Origin: Camelus dromedarius
Taxonomy: Eukaryota
Length of the DNA stretch: 64,000 nucleotides
Reading direction: 5' to 3'
Assembly (NCBI RefSeq): GCF_036321535.1
Contig: NC_087437.1
Coordinates: 118,360,001-118,424,000, forward strand
Position numbers and translations under genes: made by a program. Shown here in pieces: positions 37,271 to 50,457 of the stretch. The notes beneath the pieces were generated by a model. That model ran no database searches. It worked only from the letters and a program-made list of their open reading frames with translations, and was not told where the DNA came from. Position 1 is the first letter of the stretch, and each line of letters opens with the position of its first letter.

Positions 37271-37982
37271 TTACGTAGTGTTAGAGGTAGTTCTCTTTCT
37301 TTACGGTAATGAATCACCTCTGCAGACCAGCTCTCGCACTGCTAACACCTGTCATCGCGGGAACGAGGTAAATGTGGTTCACTCTCTGCTCCGCATTACC
37401 CTCATGTTTTACTTTCTTGTCTCTCCTACTATCTCTTCCTTGAGCTCTCGATTGGTATTTTTTTCTCTTTTATTTTGTACTGATTGATAATGATAACTTA
37501 ATTAAGATTTCACAGATCTTCTGAAATGTGTTTAGCCTCAACTTCCAGCTGTTTCATGACAACATTCTTCTGGTGAGTGTTCTGGACCTGCCATTATCTT
37601 AAGCTCCCATTTTTTCCCTCACTTTTTCTTGAAGTGCCTTTAGATAGATCCTAAATCAGCGTGTTACTGATTAGTTATCTCATATAAGGTGATTTCTCCT
37701 TAAACCACATGCTGGTGGGACTGGAGGTAGAGGAGGCATCCAGACCACCTTCCGGTTCTCATCTCGGGTTATGAATGTAGATTAAACATTGAATCTCCCC
37801 GTCTCCCTGGCCACTGAGGATCAGAAGCTGCTCAAAGGAAAGGTATTTTCCTTCTTTCCCGCACCAGATTTCTTAGTGTGCCAACTATGAGGTTTGGCAT
37901 AAGCCACTTACCCCAGCCTGGGATGGAGTCCTGGTGCTTACTCCTGGTGTTTGTGTGTGGAAGAAGAGAAAACAAAGACAGA

Positions 37983-38180
37983 AAATAACATTTATTGATG
38001 CTCCCGTGTGTACCAAACACTCTGCTAGGGTGTTGGTGTGTATTATCAAATTTAACCCTCAGAACTTCATAAATTAACTATTATTCCCATTTTTCAGGTG
38101 GACAACTTGGAGCAAAGAGGAATAAGTTTTCCTTAGCCCCAATTACAGACCCAAGTGGTGTAACGGGAATCCGATGCCTC
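37983..38180 (-). mobile_element. MIR SINE
   Basis: aacatttattgatgctcccgtgtgtaccaaacactctgctagg...tattattcccatttttcaggtgga. Confidence 0.8.
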
Positions 38181-38669
38181 CAACGTTCACAAAGAAGCGC
38201 CTGTTGCCCCCACAAGCGGCACTTATCTCCCCTTTGCTTTTTGCCTCTCCTCCCCGTTTGCCAGTCGCTAAACTCCCTTGGACTTACTCAGTGGGGTTGG
38301 TCTTCTGCATTGGTCCCTCACTGATTAAAGCATTGCTCTGCACTCCTGCTGCGCGGTTGCTAGGAGACCATGCCCAGCCTGTGAGGGATGATTTTTTTCC
38401 AAGATTCAATCTTTGCCCTGAGCCCCAGCTTACCTCCTGGTTGGGGTGTAGACCACGTGGAAATGAAGAGATGATCTGATGTCTTTTGCTGCCTGGCTGC
38501 CGATCACTGTGCTCCCCCTACCTGGACCCCTGACACTCACTGTTGCCAACATTTAATGACCGATTTTCCTTACTGGAAACAGAGCCCTGGAACAGGAGAG
38601 GTATGCTGGGCTCACAACGGACAGCAAAGTGCTCGGAGGGTTCTGTCTCGTTCTTTTGCTCATTTGGCC

Positions 38670-38828
38670 AGTCAGCTTAGGTGCGCCCTCCTGAGCTAAG
38701 CTATTCTCCCATAAAACAGGGCCAACACACTCATCCTGCCCGTCTGCTGTGCGGTCCAAGAGAGAACGTGATAAGAAGACATTCTGAAAACTATAACAGA
38801 CTCAGTAAACGTTCTTTTATTAATAATA
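38670..38828 (+). mobile_element. MIR SINE fragment
   Basis: cccataaaacagggccaacacactcatcctgccc...gctgtgcggtccaagagagaacgtga. Confidence 0.5.
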
Positions 38829-38964
38829 CTACTGCAAGTGATAGTAACAGGGTATCTGGGTGGTAAGGGAGAGGCTCCTGAGTTATATAAAACAGAGGAT
38901 AACGTCAGTGAGGAGGGCTCGCTTGTTACTCAGCATCACAGGGTGGGTGGGAGGGTGGGTTCTG

Positions 38965-39150
38965 CAGCAGAGTGTCTAGTGTGAATCCTGGTGACAGCTC
39001 TTCCCACCTGTGTGAGCTCCAGCTCCTCTAACTGTAGAATTTGTATTAGTCTGTGTGTTTAACGGCGTAAGAATTAAGGGAGAAAGTCCTTCTGTGCTGC
39101 TCATCATAATGCAGCTCAGTGAATGCAAACCGCTACTGTTACGGTTGTGT
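38965..39150 (+). mobile_element. MIR SINE fragment
   Basis: gtgtgaatcctggtgacagctcttcccacctgtgtgag...ctcctctaactgtagaat...gctcagtgaatg. Confidence 0.5.
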
Positions 39151-40758
39151 GTCATTGAACTGAGTCAATGAGTGGAATTAGAAGGAGAGCCAGGGGAGGG
39201 GCACAGAGACCCCTCTCCGTTGTAAGGTGAGGTCCTAACCGTGCAGGTCCAGAAACTCAACCTTAATGGACTCAGTGTCACTAACTAAACTGACAGGAGA
39301 TCAGTTCAAATCCAAGATGTGAAATCCTTAATCAGCAGTGGGGACTGAGACTGATCACCAGCTGGCGATGCTCCGTAACACTGTGGGAGGATGCCTCCAG
39401 GCACACAATGCTCGACAATGGGAAGCAAGAGTGATCAAAGGCCGCGGAAAGCGTGAGGGCTGAGGAGGGAGGAAAGGGGACGCCTTTGGCCTCTCCAGGC
39501 GGACAGGTGCTCTGACTGGTGTCCCGCAAGACATGGACCCACCTTCATGCCACAACCTGAGCCACCAGCTGTGACCTGTCTCGTGCCGCTTCCAATTTCA
39601 CACCCGAGTTTTGTTAATTTCACCCCGGCGTTCGGTTACTCACGGAGGCTCATTTGAGAACCATTTTGCAGACGCCCCCAAGAACAAGGCAATTTCTAGT
39701 CCTCTTGATGTTTGCTTCCCTAGCAGGATTCCCAGACCCACCTTGGCTAGAGCAAGCGAAAGACACCCTTGTTTTTTTGAAACTCCTTTGTTCTGTTTCT
39801 GATCCTTGCCCACATCTGTAATTTCCTCCCATTTTTTTCCCTAAGAACATTGCTCAGTATAAATTGTGGCATGGAAAATGCTGCGTTTCCTCTGGTTCCA
39901 GATAAGGAAAGCTGTAAATAATTTAAAGTTCCTGCTGTGCAAAATTACCCAAACAGAAAGTCCCTTTTTTTAATGCTTGGCACTGAGGATGGTAAAATAA
40001 GAAATTGTGCCAATTTTCCTACAGGTGAAATTTTACCTTCTTTATAAAGTAAGCACTTTGACTCTGAAATAAACAATGTAATGAGATGTCTTGCAAAGCA
40101 TGCCAGCAATAATGTCGGGCCATGGGAATAAAGGCCCACATTTCTCTTTCTCAAAAAAAAAAAAAAAAGCCTCACAAAATTACTGATCGAGATTGTGTGC
40201 CTGGGACCATTAAGCCACACCCCAGGACTCGACGACTGCTCACTGATAGTGTATGTGTTACCCCAGTGGTCCAGGTGAGCACACCGAACTCACATGGAAA
40301 GACGTAGCACAAAATTCTAATTTGTGTGTTACTGAAACTATACATTTTGAAATAGTGATGTGACCTATTTTTCACCCCTGAATTAATGAGTCATAGTAAA
40401 ATGGGGCCACATCTAGTTTCTCTGGCCCTCTGTGCACTCTCAGCACCTCCAGGGCTGTGCTGCTGTCTCTGCCGTGATTGCAGGACTTCCCTCGTTTATC
40501 TCCAGGGAAGCGCCAAGGCTGCCGAAGGTCCATTCCCACGAGCCAGAAGGTCTCAGGGCAGGAGGAGAGAAGTCTGGCCCAGGCTCTTCTCCCTGGGGAA
40601 CCTCTGTTTGGGAGCGTGGAATGGAAAGAGAAACAGACTCGTGGTCTCCCGTCCGGGTACCAGTTTGTAATAAGGGCTGCTTTGCTTCCCTGGATGCCAG
40701 ACCAGGGGCACCCACGCCAGCCAGGCCATTCCAGGCCTCATCCTTCATGAGCCGGGAA

Positions 40759-40785
40759 GGGCGGGGTCATCGGGCTTTATAAAAG
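40759..40785 (+). promoter_or_regulatory. Candidate Pol II core promoter: GC box plus TATA box
   Basis: GGGCGGGG (40759-40766) 11 bp upstream of TATAAAAG (40778-40785), in unique, locally CpG-containing sequence. Confidence 0.35.
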
Positions 40786-41089
40786 CGGAGCGCAAGCGTT
40801 AGCTGACAAGAGCCAGAGAGACTTCAAGGATCAGAACAAAAACGGCTTGCCAGGAGGGGCTACATATCATCAGATCCATGGACAGCTAGGGTTTGTTTCT
40901 GGTGGTAGCTGGCAGTCCCTCTCACCCGAGTGTTGGCTTCATCCTCAGGGACAGTCAGCTTCTTGACTTCCCCAACTCCAGGTCTCCGGCAGCTGACCAG
41001 CGCTGAGCAGATGTTGGAAGTCCAGAGGGATGAGTCCTGACAGGTCGGAATGAATTAGGCTGATAGGAAAAGACAGATACAAGAAAGAT

Positions 41090-41176
41090 GGAAGGAAGGA
41101 AGGAGGGAAGAAAGGAAGGAAGGGAGGGAGGGAGTAGGGAAGGGAGGAAAGGAGGGAGGGAGGGAGGGAGGGGAAA
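41090..41176. repeat. (GGAA/GGGA)n polypurine microsatellite
   Basis: ~87-nt purine tract with a single T interruption. Confidence 0.92.
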
Positions 41177-44057
41177 TTTAAAAACAGCAGACACTGCCTC
41201 CTGCAGTGGGAGCAGTGGCATGGGCTTCCCTGACAATGGAACAAGAAGAAATCCTCGGCTATTTCGCCTGAGAAGCCCCCCTTGCTCGGTGCCCCTCACT
41301 CTGCTGAGCGGGTCCCAGGGCAGCAGCCGGCCCACAGGCTGGAGGCTTGGCCAGCTTGTCCCGCCTTCACGCATCCTCTGTCCTGACGGTGCTTCCTCAG
41401 GGAGATGGTCCGCGACCCCTGGGCGGGCTGGCTCTTCCCCCTACATGCTCCTTACACATGGTGGTTGCCACCTGCTTTGGGTTTTTTCTTTTCCATTAAA
41501 TGATAAGCTCTGTGGGAAGAGAGACTTTATCTGTCCTGTTTGTGGTGTCATCCCCTGAGCCACCCAGTCAACACTCAGTGACAACCACTGAATCGATGAG
41601 CTCAGGGGATCTGGCTGAAGATTTTAAGCTCATGTACACACAGGTGACAGGTTCTATGTTCTCCTGAGATCAGAAAGGATGGTGTACCCCTTCTTACACT
41701 CTTCCCGGGTCAGCCATATGCTCAGTTATTAAAACATGGCTTGATGAGACCTGGGGATCCTGAGGGAAGTCCAGTGACCAGTCCCCAGAAGGGCTGCCTG
41801 GCTGCCTGCCTTGGCAGTTTTCTCCACCTGGGGCCCAAGTGCTTTAAGCTTAACTTGGGTGGAGTGGAAGAGTCTTGAAACCGTCACACCTCACAGAGAC
41901 TTCTGGCAGGGTCGCGTCGATACTGCCCTTAGAGAGACAGAACCGAGAGTCTGTTGATTTCTTCCAGAGAACACACCTTACCCTCCCCTGCTCAAAGAAC
42001 GGAAGTTCTCTGGTCGAAAGTAAATCCCAGGGGTGGATGCTTACATCTCCCTCCCAGGGGTGTTTCTACCTGTTATTTAGTTCGGAAGCTCCCGGGAGGC
42101 GGGACTTGGGCTGTCTTACCTTGAGTGGTCATAAGACAGTTGCAAGTTCCGTGGACGCTCTGGATGACATCTGACATGTGTCTTCCCTGAGCTTCGGGGC
42201 AAACTGGATCCCCTTTGGAAGTATCTACTTATTACTTCAAAAAGTCCAGAATGAGTTTCTCATCACACGACGAGATCACAGCACAGAGTGCTTGGTAGCC
42301 AGTCCTTACAACTTACTGCCATTAGGGGGCTTGTTCGCATTAGGGTCTGACACTCTGCTTTGTCACCAGCCTCCTGAAAAGTGGACCTGGACCGAACGAT
42401 CCTTCTCACTTGTGATGTTCAGCCTGAATGACAGAATCCAAGCTCAGCTTTTGATTTCTTATCATCCAATTTCCCCAGTGAACAGTTAAACCTCCAAAAC
42501 AGAGTGTGAGTGATATATTTAACATGTCTCACCTTCAAGCTTTATTTCAGAAATTATACACACCTGTTCTCCTCTATGCTAGGGATTTAGTACCAACCTA
42601 CAGCACTGTTTTTTCCCCTTGGAAGGAAAGAGTTTAGAGCCCACTGACCCCCAAATAGTGCAATTTGAAGGAATTGTAGAAAGACTTCCCCTTAATTTTT
42701 TTTAGCACTGATTGCCAATAATCTCCGGATGCAAAGAGTGTGCCACGACTGTCAGGAAGAATAGAGCAGCTGACACGTGGGCCACATGTACAGCAATGGC
42801 AGAAAGAATCCGGAAAAAGAAAGTGTCCTCCCTGGTCAGGGCTGCCTTGAGGGGGACACCCAGCTGCCAGGGACTCAGGTGCAGGTGACAAGGCCCTCGA
42901 GACTGACTTCAGGGGAACTTAGACGTGTGTGCACCCGCCATCGGTGAGTCTCAGGACCAAATCCTCCCCCTGACATAATCCTTTGGGTGGGGATGCTGAC
43001 TCTGCCAGGCTCGTTCTAAAGTGTAAACTTACCATCTGTACGACGTAGGACGGATCCCTGAATCAATGGCCCTACCAACTCGGTAGTATGTTTTAAATCA
43101 GATCTGTGGGAAGGGTCCGAACGGAACAGGACACCAGGACGCTTTCTGGACAAGGGGCTGTGCTGGTTGTCGCCTATGTGACAGGAGAAACTTCCTTACA
43201 TAGGGTAGACACAGGAGGGAAAGAGCAAGTTGTCAGCACCTTGCATCACCTCTAAGTCCCGAGAGCCCTTGGAGACAGTGGGGTGTAGACAAAGTACGTG
43301 TGCGTCTCGGCAGTGTTGGGGCTTTCTGCACAGGTTCGTCTGCAGCCTGGGGCTCCTCAGTCCAGAGCAAGCCCTGGGTAGCTGGTTCATACCTGGAGAG
43401 AAAGTGAGAGAGCTCTGGGCAGGTTTGTCAGCTCTGAAAGTGTGTTTGCATTTCAAGGGGAAATGAAGCTGGGAACTTGGAAACACCTCCAGCTCGTAAA
43501 AGCTGGACACTGGGGCTCACCTGGCCCTTGAAGGGATGTATTTACATTCCCAAAGGTTAGAATGAGAACCTAAGATCCTGCTCTTCCATCTCCAAGGAGC
43601 AAAGGTTTTTCTCCCTCCTGTTGGGAGGGGAGGGGAGGCAGCTGCCTCTTTCTCCTGTACCCGAGGAGAGAAAATTCACTCTTCACTTGGGTGCAGACTT
43701 AGAAATGTGTGTGGGGTGGGGGACATTTGGCCTGGTCCTCATCACAACACCCCAGGGGCAGGAACTGAGGTGTGGTCATGATTTGCTGTAAATGAATGAT
43801 GATCGTCCGCTGCTAACCCAGGGTACCTCGTGTGTACATTCAGGATACAGTTAATAAAGATGAATATTAAAACCTAACATCAACTCAAAGGGAAGCCTGC
43901 TTTACTTGTCTCCGAGCTTCACTTGTGGTCGGTCAAGGGGAGGGAAAGGCTGGTTTGAAGGGAATGAACGGGGCAAGTGGAGGGAATTCTCACGCCATCC
44001 ACTTTTCTTGCTGTTCTCTTTGCCAAATACATGGGGCTGAACTTGAGTCTGTTAAAT

Positions 44058-44236
44058 CGGGGATTCCCAGCCTCAGCACCGCCAAGCCCTGGGGCTGGTC
44101 AGTCTTCACTGTGGGGTCGGTCTTGTGCTTTGTAGGACAGATGCCCATAGAAACAGCCCCTCCCCTGAGTTGCAACAACCAAAAACTTTGCCAAATGCCC
44201 AGTAGGGGGCAGAATCGCTCCAGTTGAGAACCAGTG
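44058..44236 (-). mobile_element. hAT-Charlie MITE MER20
   Basis: Right end tgccaaatgcccagtagggggcagaatcgctccagttgagaaccagtg is the reverse complement of the MER20 5' end; left end cggggattcccagcctcagcac. Confidence 0.85.
44199..44212 (+). promoter_or_regulatory. Candidate CTCF core motif inside MER20
   Basis: CCAGTAGGGGGCAG matches CCASYAGRKGGCRS at all 14 positions. Confidence 0.5.
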
Positions 44237-46044
44237 TTTAATGTGCAGGTGTGACATGGTATGTCTACGCATTTCACATAGAAGTCACAGGTGAGACTGG
44301 AGGAGCTGGTCCTGTGCAATTGGCAAATTGGATTATTTCCTTCTTGTCTGAAGAGGTCTTCCTTGACACTCCCCTATGTTAACCCATTTAAATGGTAACC
44401 GCATCTTCTAACCCACAGTGATAAAGCTTCAGCCACAGATCGCCCTGGGAAAGGTGTCACGGCCACATAGGCCCGCTTGAGAGAGCACGTGAGACTCGAA
44501 GCTTCTTGAGCTCCGCATCTGACAGAGGGGAAGGCATCAAATTCCTGAAGTGAAAGGAGAGTAATGTGATTGGAAAAGGATGCAGAAATCAAGGACCAGT
44601 GGTGCGAAAGACGAGATTCACTTAATGCAAAATTTTGCAAAGATTGAGCACCGTTGAGTATTGAAACACTAAGGACACAAAATGCACAGTATTGGAGAAG
44701 CCCATAGATCCAGCCAGCAGGACCCAAAGCCCTTCTCTGGATTCCGGTGTGTGTCATGCACAGAACCTGCAGCTCCAGGAGGTCCGGTCGGTCCTTCCCT
44801 CATCCATTCCCATTTCTTTTCGATTCTCCCTGGAATCCTTTTCTGACCTTATGAGAAGGAGGTTTGTTTGGCCTCACCCCTGTGCTCCCAGACCCTCTCC
44901 TTTTCCGCTTTCTAGGTACAAGAATGTTTCCTTCGTCAGGTGGATGTAATTTAGAGGCCAGTCACTCAGCAAGCCCAGTCATGTGTGGGCCAAAGGCTAA
45001 GAACAGAGGAAGAGGAAGTCCTTCCCCCCACAGAAGCAAAAGTGAATCACGTTCTAAACCTCTCTGCACAGTGATCTCTTGTCCAGGAGGAAGGAGCCGT
45101 GCTTCCCACCTGCCGAAAGCCCTGGGTTCTGAGTTTGCTCCTCTCCCCCCTTGACTTCCACCACCTCCCCACCCCATCCTGCCAAGACAGTTATTTGACC
45201 TAATTGCACAAGTTGGAATTGCTCCTTCTCCCCGTTCCCCACCCCCAGTCACCCTCTGTTCCTCCGTGGGCCCATGAATGAAGATGTGTGTCTGGCTTGT
45301 AGCCCATTGTGACCCCTGAACTGTTTTGTTCTTATCCCCGCAGTAGTCGTTTGTAATTTGTTTTGCCTCCTCATTGCGTATTACACTTCTACACTTCTCT
45401 TCTTACTTTTATCCTTTAAAAAGATTACCAGGTGTTTCTTTGACTTAGACATCACGGGTTCTCAGCTTTGTAAATGTCTTCAAAGATCTCAATCCCCTCA
45501 TGTAGCGAATGAGGATGGGGGGAATAATGCCTCAATGTCTTGCCAAGGGTCACGTGGTGGCTTTACTGTGAGCGGAATACGTCACACATGAAACCTTACA
45601 TTTATTAGATACTATACAAGCTTCATGGGAGGGAAGGAAGGAAGACGCTGGCTTGCTGAACTTACTGTGCATGTGTTATGGTGGTGAGAAGACAGATTCA
45701 CAACTAAAGCACAGGTCAGAAGAAGCCAGAAGAGGCCACACTCAGGGAATTGCCTCTGGGGCCAAACACAGGCTTCCTACCTGCATCCTGCATTTTTCAT
45801 CATCTTTCTTATCTTCCTAGGACCCATTTTTTTTTGTAATACCTGCACCTGACTCCTTCACCCTTTATCCTGCCCTTGCAAACGCTTATCTCCTAGTTAC
45901 TTCACTTAGTCCACGTCACCACTGCTCCTTTTCCACTCAATTTGAAACATCACCTTCCCTGTCACACCTACGCCAACTGCAACCCAATAACTCTTGTTTC
46001 CCGTGCACCATGTAGTTAGAAGAGCTGTCACTTAAGGAATGCCC

Positions 46045-46255
46045 CCCAAGTACCCAGGATTACGTGTGGCATTAATCCTCAATCACACAATTTAGTCACC
46101 ACAAACATCCTGTGCAGGGAATGTTGACTTCACTCCACATACAAAGTGACTGCAGCTCAGAAAGGTCAACGATTTTCTCAGGCTCATCCATTAGTCAAAC
46201 AGTGCTGGGATTTGAACCTACATCTCATTCCAGAATCCACGTTCTCTATGCTGTC
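46045..46255 (-). mobile_element. MIR SINE
   Basis: actgcagctcagaaaggtcaacgattttctcaggctcatccattagt...gctgggatttgaacctacatct. Confidence 0.75.
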
Positions 46256-49200
46256 CCAGAATGTCCCCCCTCTATGCCTTGAGTTTTCTTGGGCATTGTT
46301 GGTTTCAGACGCTATGTCCCTTAATCCACACATACATGTCAGAGGACCTGTTCTCATTTGTGTTCACTAAGACAACTTCTGTGTTTACGTGTACCGCTAG
46401 TGGCACTGTCCTTTAGACTTCTCTTTAGTGCACACGTACACCACAAATGCATGCGTATATTATAGCCCCATATTTTGAACAGGCAGCCATTTCCACTCAA
46501 AATGATCAAAGATCTGTTTGCAGTCAGACTCACAGCCTCCGTCCGCAGCCCCTCCCTCACTGTCCATGTTGCAATCCAACCAAGCTGAAGGCGCATGGAC
46601 GGTTCGTTTCACTTTCCCAAGTGCCTGACTGCGCACATCCTTGCCAGGGACATTGAGAAGTTAATGTGGTGGTTTTCTGGGGTTTCTGCAGCACGCTGAA
46701 CTAATTGGTGTTAGGGAATGTTGAAATATTTTGAGGTTTTTTTGAAGTTAACTGTTCTTTTTTCTTTTTGCTTCTGAGTCCTCTCCCCTGTTTACCATTT
46801 CCAGTATAATATTTTTGGTCTACCTCTAAGTGGTCCTTGGTGGTTCTACACTGAATGTTTCCTTTTCCTTGTGTTGTTTCTAAAGAAATTGCAATTTTCT
46901 GGGCTTTAATTAGAGGGCCCCACAGGATACCCCAGTTTTCTTCTGCTCTATGTAATATCGTGCAACTTTTTCTACTGAGCCTTCTGCTCCTCTTTCTGGA
47001 AGCTGAATTCTCCTCAACTGCATTGCCGTCAATGCCATAAGAACCATAGATGTACACATATTTATTATACTTTTCAAAGTTTGAACACAAATTTTGGATT
47101 CCTCTTTTTTTTGACAGTCCAACGCTAAACGTGTGAGGATGAGTGTATATTCCCTGCTAACTTGATGAGTCAGTGGTTGAGGGTTAGTCAGCTTTGCTGA
47201 GATCTGCTGCTAAACATGGTATACAGGCAAAGGCAAAGTAAAAGAACCCTAATTTTTCTTATTAAAAAATAATGATCTGTATCTTCTGAGTCCAGGTAAA
47301 TGTAACAGGACATGACAGACCTATATGACCAATGCAACATTTCTTTTAAAGCTGGATGAATTATACAACTCATGTTTTTAAAGTATTGGAGAGCTAAAGA
47401 AGTGATGAAGATCAGAAGAAGTACAGCCTTGGGAGCACAGAGTTCCTCCTAGGTGAGATGCTAATTGCTGACTCTTTTCATGTCTTGTCGTATCTGCCAA
47501 TTCTGGACATGAGTTGAAGTTCAGGCTTGACCCAAATTGAAGGATGCTACTGGTAGACTTTGGGCAGTCATTTGGGGATGGAATGATGCATTGGAACCTA
47601 GCATAGCCCCTGAAAAGTATGCCTTCCCCATGAGACATTTGCTGAGCTCTGCTGCTGTGCTAGAAACTGGAGAACCCAGACACAAAGATAAATTTGTGTC
47701 CCAGTGCTTAAGAGACTAAGTCACATTAGAAGGAGAAGCTTTGCAACCAACACAAAGCTAGAATCTCCCTTAAGATATCCCCCATATTTGAACTTGTGTG
47801 AGGGGAGAATTGGGCTCAACAACTCTGAAGGGGAAAGCATTCAGAGCTGAGAAAAAGAGGCTTTTCAATTACAAGCCTGGGAAAGGCGTATCTGATGAGG
47901 GAGATTGGCAGGAAAGCAGAGCACAATCTCCCCAAGGCTCCCTTAGAAGATGGCATCCCATGAGAAGAAGGGGGTCTGCAAAAAATGCATGACTGGTCGA
48001 GACATTAGTCTGATTTTCTGACCTTGCATAAAATGAAATACTGAAGAGCTAATTTCAGTCTCTAAAGAATAGAACATTCTGGCATGAGGAGACAAAGCAA
48101 AAACCTAGGAGAACCACATCAAGAAACAGGGACTTACCAGATACAAGACAAATCTTGCTACAATTGGGATCCATAGACTCAAGATAATCTCAATTGGATT
48201 GAGGTGATCAGCCCCTCATCGTATGCCCACAACAGGGAGGAAATCCTCACTGATGGAAGATATTATCTGAAGCACTTTGATTTATTCATATACAAGGCCT
48301 GGGATATAATAAAAATGTCATTAGACAGTTAATGGGACAATAACCAAGAAAATGTTATTTAAAAATTAGAGGTGTTAGATTTCAACTCTGACATGTAAAG
48401 AGCTTGGAAGGCATCGCTCTATACTTAGAGCAAGGAAAATCTGGACAAACTGAAAATTAATGACTCTCTTTGAACTCATCAGGAAATTGAGGTCACAGGA
48501 CAGATCATCACCACAAAATTTGGAGGGACAGGCAAATACAGAGAATCATAACCTAGATCTGCTTATTTGGAGCAGAACCCACCGGACCCTTAAACCGGTA
48601 AGAATGATTAAATGCCAATTCTGATACATTGCTAGAGGCTGAAGTGTAAGCTAGCAGAGAGTGAGAAACTCCCAGGGACCATAGTCCTAGGAGGTGCCCT
48701 TCCCACATCTGCAGGCTTTACTTCCAGGAATCACACCAGATTCTCATGGTGAAGATTTAAGGAAGGTGTTCCCCCAGCTCTGACAGGGGAGAGGTAGTCA
48801 TTGTGAAATATCTTCTCCACAGCAGAGGACTCCTCTTCAGTGGAAAAGAATTTGCCAGAATCTTATCCCTGCGGCGGGAAGGGCATTTCATTCAATCAAG
48901 CCCCAGGTATACTTCCTGTCTCACCTATGGGGGAAAACCCAGTCATCAAGGGTCAAAGCTTCAAGGAAATAGATTGGGGATGTTGCATCCAAGGAAGAAC
49001 ATAAGAGGCAAGGGCAAAAAGAAAAAGCTAAGCTAATGAAAAAACATTTGTGAAGGTCACAGCCTGGAGACAGGACCCACTAAAACACTGGGATTCAATC
49101 ATAAGATTATAGCTGTGATTATACAGATATAACCCCATCCTTCACCACCACCACCCCACCAACAGGGCTGCAGTTCAGAAAACAACGGACTGCAGCTGAA

Positions 49201-49500
49201 GGAGCTGGAGAGCGCAGACTTTCTGCGTGAGCGCTGGGGGTGGGGTCAACGGGGGGGGGGGGAGAAAGCAATGACACTGAAGGAACAGGAAGCCTCTGGC
49301 GCCCACAGCAAGAGCAGATTTCAAACACATCCTAACTCCTAGCCAGATGAACCTAAAACCTAGCACCATAGCCCTATTTATGTTAGTTCCCATTACCTGT
49401 TAATAACATCCAGCTTTCAACACAAAAATTACAAGGCATACAAGAGGCAAGAAAAAGCACAATCTGAAAAGACAAAGCAACCATCAGAACCAGAGGTATA

Positions 49501-49661
49501 CAGTCTACCCTTCATATCTGCCGATGCCAAACTCACAGATATGAAAGGTCAACTGTATTCACTGTACCACACCATTTTATGGAAGGGACTTCATATCCAT
49601 AGATTTCTATATCTGCAAGCTCTCCTGGAACCAGTCCCCAGCTGATACCGAGGGACAATTA
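49501..49661 (-). mobile_element. Tigger/MER2-family MITE (short deletion derivative)
   Basis: TA target duplication on both sides. ccattttatggaagggactt...cctggaaccagtccccagctgataccgagggac matches the MER2-type terminus. Confidence 0.75.
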
Positions 49662-50457
49662 TATATGACCTAGATGTTGCAATTGTCAGACCAGGCATTT
49701 AAAATAGCTATAATTGCTATGTTAATGTCTCCAAGAGAAAAAGTAGACAACATACAAGAAAAGATGGGCCATGTAAGCCAGTTGGAAACTCTAAAAAAGA
49801 ATAAAAAGAAAATGCTGTAAATGAAGAACATTGTAAAGGGAATGAAGGCTATTTTGATGGGCTCATCCGTTGATGCAACATAGACAAGGTATTAGGGAAG
49901 CTGAAGGTAGGTCAATAAAAGACTCCTAAACTGAAGTACAGAGAGAAAAAAGAATTGGGGGACAAAAAGGAACAGAATATCCCCAAATGATGGGCAATTT
50001 CAATGATGTTACATACGTTCAATTGGTATACCAGAAAATAGAGAATTGTGCAGAAAAGCACATTGGCATAATAATGGCGAGAATTTTTGAAAATGGATAA
50101 TAAACACTAAACCACAGATCCAGGAGTGTCAGAGAACACTCAGTGGGATAAAGACCCAGCCCCCTACCCACCCCCAATACCACGGCATATCAAATTCAGA
50201 TTACAGAAACCAAAGACAAAGGGAAAATCTCCAAAAAAAAGCCAGAGGGAGGGAAAATAACTTATTCTCAGAGAAGCAAGGATTATTATAGCATTTTTTA
50301 TTACAATAAAGAGTAAGTTTTTTTCAATCCAAAGGATAAAATTATAGCAAAGGATAGGAATTGTAGAATTACAAGAATTACCCTGATTTCTCATCAGAAT
50401 CAGTATAAGCAAAAGATTGTGAAGTGAAATGTTAAATTTTTGAAAGATAAAAAAGAA

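Noticed and set aside
46701..47090. 129-aa Lys-rich minus-strand ORF
   Set aside because: No recognisable homology; reflects T-rich composition, possibly an old LINE remnant.
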